Source: Clostridia bacterium
Lineage (GTDB): Bacteria > Bacillota > Clostridia > Oscillospirales > CAG-272
Reading direction: 5' to 3'
Assembly: GCA_017545225.1 (NCBI GenBank)
Contig: JAFWPR010000005.1
Span: 1 to 61,735, forward strand
Length of the DNA stretch: 61,735 nucleotides
The translations under genes and the position numbers were made by a program. Below, piece by piece: positions 38,621 through 47,927 of this stretch. The notes beneath the pieces are model-generated. The model made no database searches and was not told the origin of the DNA. It saw only the letters and a program-made list of their open reading frames with translations. Within the stretch, counting starts at the first letter, position 1. Each line of letters starts with the position of its first letter.

Positions 38621-38974
38621 ATGGACGACGCGAAGGGCGACCTCGGCGGGATGATCGAAAAACTCATGGGAGACCCGCAGGTCGCGGATCTTGTGAAGAA
38701 ACTCAAAGAGGGAGACTCGGGCGGGGACGGGAAAGACGCCGGTCCCGCCCCGGACGCGGGCGGCGGGAGCGCCGCAGACGTCGGCTCGATACTCGATTCG
38801 CTCAGTCCGCTTCTGAAGACGGCCGGACGCGCGTCGGCGGGCACCGAGAACAGGAACAGACTTCTTGCAGCGCTGAAACCGTACGTGAACGGCGAGAGGC
38901 GCGATATGATCGACAAGGTGACGTCGATCTCGAAACTCACCTCGATCCTCGACGCCGCGACAGGAAATAAATAG
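38621..38974 (+). CDS. Hypothetical protein
   Basis: AAGGAG RBS; LLAALKPYVNGERRDMIDK resembles a conserved clostridial small-protein motif. Confidence 0.75.
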   Translation: MDDAKGDLGGMIEKLMGDPQVADLVKKLKEGDSGGDGKDAGPAPDAGGGSAADVGSILDSLSPLLKTAGRASAGTENRNRLLAALKPYVNGERRDMIDKVTSISKLTSILDAATGNK

Positions 38975-38995
38975 CGGCGGTAAGGAGGGTGAGAT

Positions 38996-39421
38996 ATGTA
39001 CAGCAGATACGTGAAGAAGGGCGGCGACGGCCTCTCCGAGGAGGAGAGAGAGATCGCGAAATACGGTCTGCCGCCCAAATACGACGGAAACAGATTCAGA
39101 AGACCGCCGAGGGACGAAGACCGGGAAGACCGGCAGGGTCCCGGACCCCGTCCGCCTGAAGAGGCGGGTGAAAGACCGACCCCGCCGCGCTTTCCGCACG
39201 GGGCGGCGCCGGGTCCTCACCGGGACGGTGACGCATCTCCGCACCGGGACGGTGACGGAGGGAAGATCGAGCGGCTGATCGAGTCGCTCGGCGAGCGTCT
39301 CGGAACAGAGGAGATCCTCATACTCGCCCTTATACTTATCCTTTCCGGCTCCGGAGGCGGGGAGTGCGAGGATGCGGGAGACGTTATCCTCCTGCTCGCT
39401 CTGCTTCTGATACTAGGGTAA
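38996..39421 (+). CDS. Hypothetical Pro-rich protein with C-terminal hydrophobic hairpin
   Basis: AAGGAGG RBS; EEILILALILIL...DVILLLALLLILG. Confidence 0.75.
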   Translation: MYSRYVKKGGDGLSEEEREIAKYGLPPKYDGNRFRRPPRDEDREDRQGPGPRPPEEAGERPTPPRFPHGAAPGPHRDGDASPHRDGDGGKIERLIESLGERLGTEEILILALILILSGSGGGECEDAGDVILLLALLLILG

Positions 39422-39453
39422 CTCCTGTTACCCTAGGGTAACTTCTGTTACCC
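39414..39453. repeat. 20-bp palindromic tandem duplication at convergent gene ends
   Basis: TAGGGTAACTCCTGTTACCC TAGGGTAACTTCTGTTACCC. Confidence 0.8.
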
Positions 39454-40440
39454 CATGCTGAAATCCGCCAGTTCCCCGACGACGGTATCGGGGTCGAACG
39501 ACGGATAAAGGTCTTTGAATTCCTCCGGCACGGCGTCGGGGAAAACGGTCATGGAGAAACCCGCCCCGCGCCCCGTCACGTCGACGGCAATACCGGACGC
39601 TGCGGAGAGATACGCCGCGAGAGACAGTTTTTCAAGACAGCGCGGCAGCCGAGCGGCAAGCGAAAGAAGATCCCGCGATCCCGAAAACGCGTCTTTGAGA
39701 GCGCCCGCGTCCTCCGCCTCGAGGATCACCTCGGCGGCTCCGCCGCGCGCGGCGATCCGCACGGAGGTTTCGTGGCTGTCCGACGTTGAGTTCAGCGCGG
39801 ATACGAGCAGGGAAAAGATCGTCGAAAACGCGCCCGCGGAAACGGACGCCGAAAGAGGCGCCGCCTCGACGGACCCCGTCAGCCCGACGGTCCCGCAGCA
39901 CAGTTCCGGATACGCCGAAAGGCGGCGGACGACCGTGCGGATCAGCGCCTCGAGCGATTTCGTCCCGTCGATCCCCGCGCGTTTTTTCATCTCGCATGCG
40001 AGATGGTAAAGCGGAAAATCGCCCGGCGGGGACGCATCCCCGCCGTTCAGAACGGAGATCACCGGTCTGATCCGCTCCGGAAGCTGTTCGATTATGAAAT
40101 CGGGAAAACGGACGGTCGCGTTCTTCCCCTCGACCAGATAAACGACGGTGTGATTCCCGGAAAAGACGCGGTTTTTTACGGCGACCGCCGTGCCGAACCG
40201 ACGGCTTTTCAGATCGAATACGGCGACGTTCGCCGCGAACGAGGCGGGATCGCGCGCGGGAGTGGGAGCTGTGGCACAAAACTCCGACAGCCTCGCGGCG
40301 TCGGAGTCGGTGAGCATTGAAAAAAGCGAGTCCCCGTCCCTCGGGGACGACCCGGGCGGAAACACGTCGACCGTCTTTCCCGTCCCGTCAAGTACGAGCC
40401 CGCGATCCCACGGCGGGCTCTTTTTTTCTTTGAGGTCCAT
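39448..40440 (-). CDS. Hypothetical protein, possibly a degenerate GHKL/histidine-kinase-like fold
   Basis: GGAGAGG RBS; C-terminal pattern IFSLLVSALN...VRIAARGGAAEVILEAED...LSLAAYL. Confidence 0.6.
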   Translation of the reverse strand: MDLKEKKSPPWDRGLVLDGTGKTVDVFPPGSSPRDGDSLFSMLTDSDAARLSEFCATAPTPARDPASFAANVAVFDLKSRRFGTAVAVKNRVFSGNHTVVYLVEGKNATVRFPDFIIEQLPERIRPVISVLNGGDASPPGDFPLYHLACEMKKRAGIDGTKSLEALIRTVVRRLSAYPELCCGTVGLTGSVEAAPLSASVSAGAFSTIFSLLVSALNSTSDSHETSVRIAARGGAAEVILEAEDAGALKDAFSGSRDLLSLAARLPRCLEKLSLAAYLSAASGIAVDVTGRGAGFSMTVFPDAVPEEFKDLYPSFDPDTVVGELADFSMG

Positions 40441-40459
40441 TTTGCCTCTCCGCGTTTGA

Positions 40460-41680
40460 TCAGTTGCCTGCTCCCCACGGTTCCGCTTCGGTCGCTTCCT
40501 CCGTCTCGGTCTCCGTTTCGGGTTCTTCGGTCTGTTCCGGCATGGTGTCGTATTTATCTTTTGTCATTGCGTTTTCGTTCGTTCTGTCATCGATCGGCGG
40601 TTCTTCGGTCTCGACCTTCGAGGACGATTCTTCCTGTTTGGAACTCATATCGGCGACGTAAGCGGTGAACTGTACGTTCCCGACGCCCATATCGACGAGA
40701 GCCCGGTACGCTCCGCGAGCCGCGGCGGAGGAGTCCGCCGTGACGACGGCTCTGAGATTGTACGAGGCGAAATTGCCTCGGATGCTGTAACATTCCGATC
40801 CGACGGACGCGTAAACGCCCTCCTCGCCCGCCGAGGAGTCGGTCGGGATCCCCACGGCGAGAAGATCGACGTATTCGTAAAGGTTGACGATCTGCGCCGC
40901 CGTCGTCGTATCGAGGAACACTCGCGAGGGCAGGATCACGCCGAGGGACACGTCCCCCGAAACGGACCGTAACGCAGCGAGGTATTCGATCATTGCGGAA
41001 AGCGTGTTGAAATCGAGCGTTCCCTCTTCGGGGATCAGTCCGTCGATGAGGATCTCGTTCGGGTAAAGAGACGCCAGCTCGCCGATCACGGCTGTATCGA
41101 CGCTGAGGGCGAGAGCCGAGCCGTCGCCGCCGAGCGCCTCGGGAGTCGATCCGTATATCAGACTTACGCGGTATCCGCGTTTGGAAGCGACTGTTGCGAT
41201 ATCGTTTATCTCGCTCAGCGTGACGTTGATCCCGTCGCCGCCCGCCGATCCGTTCGGGACGGCCTGTCTCGTCAGTTCGGCGACCGCGGGGGAAACGTAG
41301 AGAAGCGACCCGCCGCGTGACACTCTCACCGACACCGCGTTGTAGAACGCCGGGAGGGAGATGATGCGGTCCATGAGGTCATCTTCGGAGACGGTCGCGA
41401 TATCAAGGTCCGCGGCGCAGATCTTCAGCTCGGGATCGTGCAGGAGCGCCTTGACGCCGGAAGGCAGAGTTCTCTCTTCCCTTCCGCCGCCCTCGGGGAA
41501 ATACGCTTCCGTTTCGTCAAGGACGCTCTCGGCGGACGCCGCCTTGTTTTTGAGATGCGTTCCGAGAAGGATGGAGAGCGCCGTTATCACGGCGGCCGCG
41601 ATAACGACGAACAGGATCCGGAACAGTATTTTCAGTTTTGTCCTTGTCGCGCCGGTATGGCGTCTTCGCGGTCTTTTCAT
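40460..41680 (-). CDS. Membrane-anchored hypothetical protein
   Basis: Basic N-terminus, one TM, alternating alpha/beta body, acidic ET-rich tail. Confidence 0.75.
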   Translation of the reverse strand: MKRPRRRHTGATRTKLKILFRILFVVIAAAVITALSILLGTHLKNKAASAESVLDETEAYFPEGGGREERTLPSGVKALLHDPELKICAADLDIATVSEDDLMDRIISLPAFYNAVSVRVSRGGSLLYVSPAVAELTRQAVPNGSAGGDGINVTLSEINDIATVASKRGYRVSLIYGSTPEALGGDGSALALSVDTAVIGELASLYPNEILIDGLIPEEGTLDFNTLSAMIEYLAALRSVSGDVSLGVILPSRVFLDTTTAAQIVNLYEYVDLLAVGIPTDSSAGEEGVYASVGSECYSIRGNFASYNLRAVVTADSSAAARGAYRALVDMGVGNVQFTAYVADMSSKQEESSSKVETEEPPIDDRTNENAMTKDKYDTMPEQTEEPETETETEEATEAEPWGAGN

Positions 41681-41691
41681 TTTACTGCCTT

Positions 41692-42675
41692 TCAGTTGAT
41701 CGAGAGAATATCCGTATCATCGAAAACGGAGGAATCGGTTATTCCGAGGGACTCAGCGCGCTCCTCGCACACGAGGGAGTACTGCGCGGTGAAGTAATCC
41801 TCGGAGAGTTTGTCGTAGTGGTTTTTCATATACTCGGCGTCTTTTTCAAGCCGCAGTATGACCGAGTATCCGGCGGGGGTCTTCACGACCTCGCTGATCT
41901 CGCCGATCCCGAGGGCGAACGCCGCGTCCTCGAACTCGCGATACATGAAACCGCGCATGAGATAATATCCCTGCGTCGAGCCGAACATATTCATATCTTC
42001 GCCGTAGCGGGAGATCAGCGCGTCGAAATCTTCGCCCCCCAGAGCGAGGGAACGGGCTTCCTCGGCGAGCTCACGCGCGCGCTCGTCCGTTCTGTTTTCC
42101 GTCGTCACGAGGATCTGTCTTACTCTGATGCATTCGTCGCTTTCGAGAAACGCGCGGACGCTTTTCTCATCCGACGTGATCTCTCCCGAATTGAGCATCG
42201 CGTAATACAGTTCGTCGCCGAGCGCGCCGGCTTTCGTGATGAAAGTATAGGCGTATTCGTTCATTCCCGCTTCGCGGATCGAAGCGAGAAATTCGCTCTC
42301 TCCGCCCGCGGAGGCGACGTCCGACGCCCGCATGGAATTCGCGGCCTCGACGACGGCGGGGTCGTCCGGACCTATCCCGTGATCCGCCGCGAGCGAGAGG
42401 ACGGCGTAAATCCCTTTAAGGTAATCGAGCGTCCCGGAGCGAAGTTCTTCCTTTATTTCGCTTGAGACTCCCTCTTCTCCGGAAAAAGCGTCTTCGCCGT
42501 ATTTCGCCTCGAGCGCCGCGCGTTCTGTGAGGACGGCGAACCTGAAGACGTCGTATCTCACGTCGATCCCGCCGAGCTTCATCACGACGGTCGAGTCCTT
42601 TGAGGCGCACCCCGAAAAGACCGCCGCAAGCAGGACGGATACGAGGATCAGCGCGATCGCTTTCATTCTTCTCAT
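41692..42675 (-). CDS. Parvulin-type peptidylprolyl isomerase lipoprotein (PrsA-like)
   Basis: Lipobox FSGC; VRQILV, FDALISRYGED, EFEDAAFALGIGEISEVVKTPAGYSVI. Confidence 0.88.
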   Translation of the reverse strand: MRRMKAIALILVSVLLAAVFSGCASKDSTVVMKLGGIDVRYDVFRFAVLTERAALEAKYGEDAFSGEEGVSSEIKEELRSGTLDYLKGIYAVLSLAADHGIGPDDPAVVEAANSMRASDVASAGGESEFLASIREAGMNEYAYTFITKAGALGDELYYAMLNSGEITSDEKSVRAFLESDECIRVRQILVTTENRTDERARELAEEARSLALGGEDFDALISRYGEDMNMFGSTQGYYLMRGFMYREFEDAAFALGIGEISEVVKTPAGYSVILRLEKDAEYMKNHYDKLSEDYFTAQYSLVCEERAESLGITDSSVFDDTDILSIN

Positions 42676-42902
42676 AAGGCGGACGCTCCGTTTTCTTCAA
42701 TATACTAAAAGTATATATAAAACGGGGTGCGTTGTCAATAGCCGCCGCCCGCGGCCGGGATGAGAGAAAAATTTCATATTTTTTCTCAAAAACGCCCAAA
42801 ATACGAGTAAAATATGGTATACTGTAATAGCATATGCGTATATGCGGCGGGGACAGCTCCGCATTAAATATCTCACAGGTCAAGAAAGGCGGATCATCTG
42901 CT

Positions 42903-44495
42903 ATGGGCAAAGGACAGAGAACAAAAAACGCGACGGCAAACGCGACGACGTTTACCGCTAAAAAAGAAGAAAAGAAGGGAAAGCTCAAGGGCGTACTGAT
43001 CGGCGTGGCGATCGCCGTTGTCCTTCTCGCTCTCGTTGCACTGACGGTATTCAACATGTCGCAGGACCAGGGCTGGTTCGAGGGCAACGAAGTCGTCATG
43101 AACACCGAGAATTATTCCGTCAATCAGGGAATGTTCTCCTACTTCTTCAATCAGTCGTTTATGAACGTCTACAACACGTATTACAATATCTTCGGCGACA
43201 ACATCTCGAGTTATATCGACAGGACCAAATCGCTCAAGGAACAGGCGTACGGCAGCGACGGCCAGACGTGGTACGACTATATTCTCGAGCAGACGAAGAC
43301 CACGGTACAGGAATATCTCGCTCTCTGTGAGGGAGCGCGCGCCGAGGGCGTTTCGATCGGAAACGAGGAGCGCAGCGAGATCAACTCCGAGCTGAATTCG
43401 ATCAAGGACGGAGCAAAAACGGCGGGATACTCGAGCGCCGGCGACTACATCAGAGCGGCGTTCGGCAAAGGCGTGAGCGAGGGCAAGATCAAAAAAGCGC
43501 TCGAGATCAAACATCTCGCGGTGAAGTATGCCCAGGTGATAGCGGACAGAGTCGACGTCAGCGACGAAGTGCTCGAGGCGAAGTATAACGAAGATCCCGA
43601 CAAATACGACAAGGTATCCTATCTCCTCTACACGTTCAACAGCAGCGACCTGCTTCCCAAGACCGAAACGGCTGAAGAAGGCGAAGAGGCCGAGGAAGCC
43701 GCCGAGCCGACCGAAGAAGAAGTCGCGGCGGCAAAGGAATCGATCAGGACTTCCGCCGGCGAACTTGCCGCGGTCACGACCGAGGAAGCGTTCAAGGAAT
43801 ACGTTAAGAATTACGCTCTCACCGTTCTCGGAAAAGACGAAGACGCGGCTGCCTCCGCCGCCGACTCCGTTCTGAAGTCGGACGCGGCTTACTCAGAGAC
43901 CGACGCCATGAAGTGGGCGTTCGCGGCGAAAGCGGGAGAGACGAACGTGGTCGAGGGATCCGACGGCGCAACGCAGGCGGTCTACTTCCTTGTCACCGAG
44001 AAGCACAGAGACGATAACGACGGCTACAGAGCGACGCGCCACGTCCTGTTCGGCGCCAAGACCGAAGAGAACGCGGAACAGCCCGACGGAGCCGAGTACG
44101 GCTACGACGACCCCGCGGCGATCGCGAAAGAAGTTTACGACAAGTGGGTATCCGAAGGCGCGACCGAGGACGGCATCGCCGCTCTCGCGAAAGAGTACAC
44201 GACCGACTCGTCCTCGAAGGACGGCGGCGGTCTTTACGAGAACGTCACGAAAGGACAGTTCGTTGAACCGTTCAACACCTGGCTGTTCGACGAGGCACGC
44301 AAAGAGGGCGACTACGATCTGATCGAGACCGAGTACGGCTGGCATATCGTGTACTTCATCAGCAAGGGCGAGCCGCAGTGGAAGAACACGATCAGCTCGG
44401 AGCTCAAGAACGCCGAATACGACAGCTTCAAGGAAGAAGCTGCGGAGAAATATCCCGTCACCGTCAACGAAGAACTTATCGAAGTCGACGCCTGA
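42903..44495 (+). CDS. Membrane-anchored parvulin-type peptidylprolyl isomerase (SurA/PrsA-like)
   Basis: N-terminal TM; RHVLF, LAKEYTTD, GGLYENV, FVEPFNTWLFD, ETEYGWHIVY. Confidence 0.88.
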   Translation: MGKGQRTKNATANATTFTAKKEEKKGKLKGVLIGVAIAVVLLALVALTVFNMSQDQGWFEGNEVVMNTENYSVNQGMFSYFFNQSFMNVYNTYYNIFGDNISSYIDRTKSLKEQAYGSDGQTWYDYILEQTKTTVQEYLALCEGARAEGVSIGNEERSEINSELNSIKDGAKTAGYSSAGDYIRAAFGKGVSEGKIKKALEIKHLAVKYAQVIADRVDVSDEVLEAKYNEDPDKYDKVSYLLYTFNSSDLLPKTETAEEGEEAEEAAEPTEEEVAAAKESIRTSAGELAAVTTEEAFKEYVKNYALTVLGKDEDAAASAADSVLKSDAAYSETDAMKWAFAAKAGETNVVEGSDGATQAVYFLVTEKHRDDNDGYRATRHVLFGAKTEENAEQPDGAEYGYDDPAAIAKEVYDKWVSEGATEDGIAALAKEYTTDSSSKDGGGLYENVTKGQFVEPFNTWLFDEARKEGDYDLIETEYGWHIVYFISKGEPQWKNTISSELKNAEYDSFKEEAAEKYPVTVNEELIEVDA

Positions 44496-44513
44496 CGAAT
44501 CATTTTGCAAAAC

Positions 44514-44551
44514 AATGTCCGGGGTGCGGCAGCGTCGCCCCCGGACATTTT
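44514..44551 (+). terminator. Intrinsic terminator
   Basis: AATGTCCGGGG...CCCCGGACATTTT. Confidence 0.65.
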
Positions 44552-44627
44552 CGGTAAGACGGATCCGATCCGTACCGGAAACGGTACGCGGGATGCCTTA
44601 TAATTTGAGGGAAAGGAGAAGACGAAG

Positions 44628-47600
44628 ATGGTAAGATTCATAATCGGCGCGGCGGGTTCCGGCAAGACGGAACGCGTCCTTGAGCTGATGAGAGAAACGT
44701 ACGAAAAGACGGAAAAAAAAGCGATCCTTCTCGTTCCCGAACAGCAGACGGTCGTCTTCGAGACGCTCCTTGCGGAGCGGTTCCCGCCCGAGGCGGCGCT
44801 GAGAGTCGAGGCGATGAGTTTCACCCGCCTTGCAAATTACGTCGCGAGGAAGACGGGCGGCCTGTCCGGCGTGTCCGTAACGCCGGGCGCGAAAGCGCTC
44901 ATAACGTGGCGCGCGATCGCGTCCGTATGGGATTCTCTTAATATCATTTCGTCCGACGCGAGAGGGGCGAAGGCTCAGCTCGTTCCGAGGATCTCCGCGG
45001 CGCGGGAGGAACTTAAAAAGAATTCCGTCTCCGCCGCCGACGTCGAGAAGGCGCTCGGGGAGGCGGATCAGAACGGCGACGGGAACGATCCCGCGATCGT
45101 CAAACTGCGCGACCTGTTCCTCGTTTCATCCGCTTACGACTCGATCGTCGGGGAGGAGCTCGGAGAAAAATACACCGAAACTTTCACGTCGGATATCGTC
45201 CGCCGCGGCGCGGCGGAGGGAGTATTCGACGGCACGGATATATTCATCGACTCGTTTTATTCGCTGACGAAGGACGAGCTGCGCGTCGCGGAGGAACTGA
45301 TCCGCGCCGCCGACGTTACCGTAACCGTATCGGTCGGAGACGTGAATTCGCCTCTTCCTCACGAGATACCCCCGAAGAACCTGTACAACGGGCTCAAGCG
45401 CTTCGCCGAAGACGTCACGGAGACCGTGACCGAATCTCCCGGCGCGAACAAACGCGCTGCGACGAAGCAACTCTTCAACGTCAGCGCGCGCCTTTTCGAT
45501 TATGCCGGAAAGGTAACCGGGGACAGCGGTCTGCCCTCCGTTCCCGATTCTGTAAAGGTCTACTCCGTCAAGGACAGATACGAGGAGGCTGAAGCCGCCG
45601 CTTCCCTGATCGAATCGATCGTACGGCAGGGGGGACGGTATTCCGATATCGCGGTCATCGCGGGTGATCTCGGCGCGCTCGACGGAGTCGTCGAGAACTG
45701 CTTCGACCGCCACTCGATCCCGTGCTTCAGGACCGATCCGACTCCGCTCGAATCGGGTCCTCTCGCGCGCCATTTCATCTCGCTTCTCAAAATAGCGGGC
45801 GCGTGGCGGCGCGAGGACGTGATAAGGCTCGTCAAGACGGGACTCACTCCCCTAACCGACGAAGAGGCGTGCTCGTTCGAACTGTATACCGAGGTCTGGA
45901 ACGTCCGTGGCAGGCGGATGTTCTCCTCGCCCTGGAGCATGAATCCGTCCGGGTTCAGCAAAACGGTGAGAGACGGGGATAAGACGCTCCTCGCGGCTGC
46001 GAACGACGCGAGAGAGAAGATCATCCCTCCGATCGAGGCGTTCGTCTCCGTTTTCGACGGCGGCGACGCCGACGTTTCCGATATCTGCAGGGCGCTCATG
46101 CGCTACGCGGAACAGATCGGTCTTTACTCCGCGCTGACGGCGCGTTCGCGCGCGCTCCTCGCCGCGGGAGACAAGGACGGAGCGGCGAGGGAGGTAGGCG
46201 CGTTCCGCAAATTCTGCGCCTGCTTCGACGAGATCGTAAAATTACTTCCGGGCGTAAAATGCGACGCAGAGGGCTTTTCCGCGCTTCTGCGGTTCGCCAT
46301 GACCGACGCAGGCGCGGGAGCGATCCCGACGGGCGTCGATGAGATCGCGCTCGGTTCCGCCGCGACGGTGAGGACCGGCGCGGTCCGCCACGTGATCCTG
46401 CTTGGGTGCGTCGAGGGAGAATTCCCCGGTTCGGTCTCCGACAGCGGTTTCTTCAACGACGCTGAAAAGGTGACGCTTGAAGGAGCGGGGATCACGCTTC
46501 TTCCCAAGAGCGAAGAGAGGGACGCGATGGAACTGCTGAGGTTCCACCGCAGCGCGTCGCTTCCGTCGGATTCGCTCACTCTGTTCGTCCCGTCGTCGTC
46601 GTTCGGCGAGGGCCGCACCCCCTCGATCGGAGCGCAGCGGGTACTTGCCCTTATCGGTGAGAATGATCCCGTACCTTTCTCGTCTCTTCCGGTCGAAAAG
46701 AGGCTCTTTTCCCCGGCGGGGACCGACGCCGCGATCCGTTCCGCGTCGCTTAGCGGCAACGTGGAGGAAGAAAAACTGCTCAGAGGCCTTGCGGGCGGCG
46801 GATTTGCATTCGTTCCCGCGCCTCCCGAAGAGGCGAGAGTGTCCCGGGAAACGGCCGGTAAGGTCTTCGGCGGAAATATCACCCTGTCGCAGACGAAACT
46901 GACCGGGTATGCAAGATGCCCGTTTTCGTATTACGTAAATCACGTGCTGAAGCTCGGCGACAGACAGAAAGCGGAGATATCGCCGCTTGATCGCGGGAAC
47001 TTCGTCCATAACGTGCTCGAGGGCTTTTTCTCCCGGGTGAGGAAAGAGGAACTTCCTCTCGGCAGAGCGCGCACTGAGGAGATCTGCGACGGGATCATCG
47101 CGGAATACCTCGACGAAATTTTCGGCGGAGAGCAGATAAGCGAAAAGATAAGATATCTTTTCGTCGGTCTGCGCCGCTCGGCGATCCTGTTCGTCGAAGC
47201 GGTACAGCGCGAGATCGCTCAGAGCAGGTTTGAGATATTCTCGACGGAGCTGGGATTCGGTTTCAAGGGAATGCCGGAGTCGATGAAAGTCCCCCTCCCC
47301 GACGGTTCGTCCGTGTCTTTCAACGGTATGATCGACCGGCTGGACGTTTACCGATCGGGAAGAAAAACGTACGTTCGCGTCGTCGATTACAAAACGGGGG
47401 AGAAAAAATTCGATCTTGAAAAAATAATGAAAGGGATCGAGGCGCAGCTTCTTATCTATCTATTCTCCGTCTGGCATACGGAAGACGGCAGGCTTAAAGA
47501 GGGACTCGGCGGAGACGAGATACTTCCCGCCGGAGCGCTCTATTTCCATATTCCGTACGGAGCGAAGAGAGAGGACGGATACAGGGATCGGGAACAGGGA

Positions 47601-47927
47601 GAAAAGATCGCGCTGGGCGAGACAAAACGCGAGGGGATCTATCTGGCTGACGACGACGTACTCGACGCGATGGACAAGGGGCGATCCGGAGTTTACGTGC
47701 CGATCCCCTCGGGGCGGAACAAAAAGACGATCGAAGAGTCCTTCAAAACGCTCGAGGAATTCGGAGAACTCTGTCAAAATCTCGAGGGCGCCGTGGCGGC
47801 GATCGCCGGACGGATGAAGAGCGGAGACTGCGGGGCGCGCCCCGAAGTTGACGGCAGCGACAGTCCGTGCAACTGGTGCGCCGGCGCAAAGGTTTGCCGC
47901 AGCGCGATAATAAAGACATGGGGGTGA
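44628..47927 (+). CDS. addB: ATP-dependent helicase/nuclease subunit B
   Basis: GAAGSGKT, LLVPEQ, RCPFSYY, GMIDRLD, VVDYKTG, QLLIY; Fe-S cysteines CNWC...C. Confidence 0.92.
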   Translation: MVRFIIGAAGSGKTERVLELMRETYEKTEKKAILLVPEQQTVVFETLLAERFPPEAALRVEAMSFTRLANYVARKTGGLSGVSVTPGAKALITWRAIASVWDSLNIISSDARGAKAQLVPRISAAREELKKNSVSAADVEKALGEADQNGDGNDPAIVKLRDLFLVSSAYDSIVGEELGEKYTETFTSDIVRRGAAEGVFDGTDIFIDSFYSLTKDELRVAEELIRAADVTVTVSVGDVNSPLPHEIPPKNLYNGLKRFAEDVTETVTESPGANKRAATKQLFNVSARLFDYAGKVTGDSGLPSVPDSVKVYSVKDRYEEAEAAASLIESIVRQGGRYSDIAVIAGDLGALDGVVENCFDRHSIPCFRTDPTPLESGPLARHFISLLKIAGAWRREDVIRLVKTGLTPLTDEEACSFELYTEVWNVRGRRMFSSPWSMNPSGFSKTVRDGDKTLLAAANDAREKIIPPIEAFVSVFDGGDADVSDICRALMRYAEQIGLYSALTARSRALLAAGDKDGAAREVGAFRKFCACFDEIVKLLPGVKCDAEGFSALLRFAMTDAGAGAIPTGVDEIALGSAATVRTGAVRHVILLGCVEGEFPGSVSDSGFFNDAEKVTLEGAGITLLPKSEERDAMELLRFHRSASLPSDSLTLFVPSSSFGEGRTPSIGAQRVLALIGENDPVPFSSLPVEKRLFSPAGTDAAIRSASLSGNVEEEKLLRGLAGGGFAFVPAPPEEARVSRETAGKVFGGNITLSQTKLTGYARCPFSYYVNHVLKLGDRQKAEISPLDRGNFVHNVLEGFFSRVRKEELPLGRARTEEICDGIIAEYLDEIFGGEQISEKIRYLFVGLRRSAILFVEAVQREIAQSRFEIFSTELGFGFKGMPESMKVPLPDGSSVSFNGMIDRLDVYRSGRKTYVRVVDYKTGEKKFDLEKIMKGIEAQLLIYLFSVWHTEDGRLKEGLGGDEILPAGALYFHIPYGAKREDGYRDREQGEKIALGETKREGIYLADDDVLDAMDKGRSGVYVPIPSGRNKKTIEESFKTLEEFGELCQNLEGAVAAIAGRMKSGDCGARPEVDGSDSPCNWCAGAKVCRSAIIKTWG

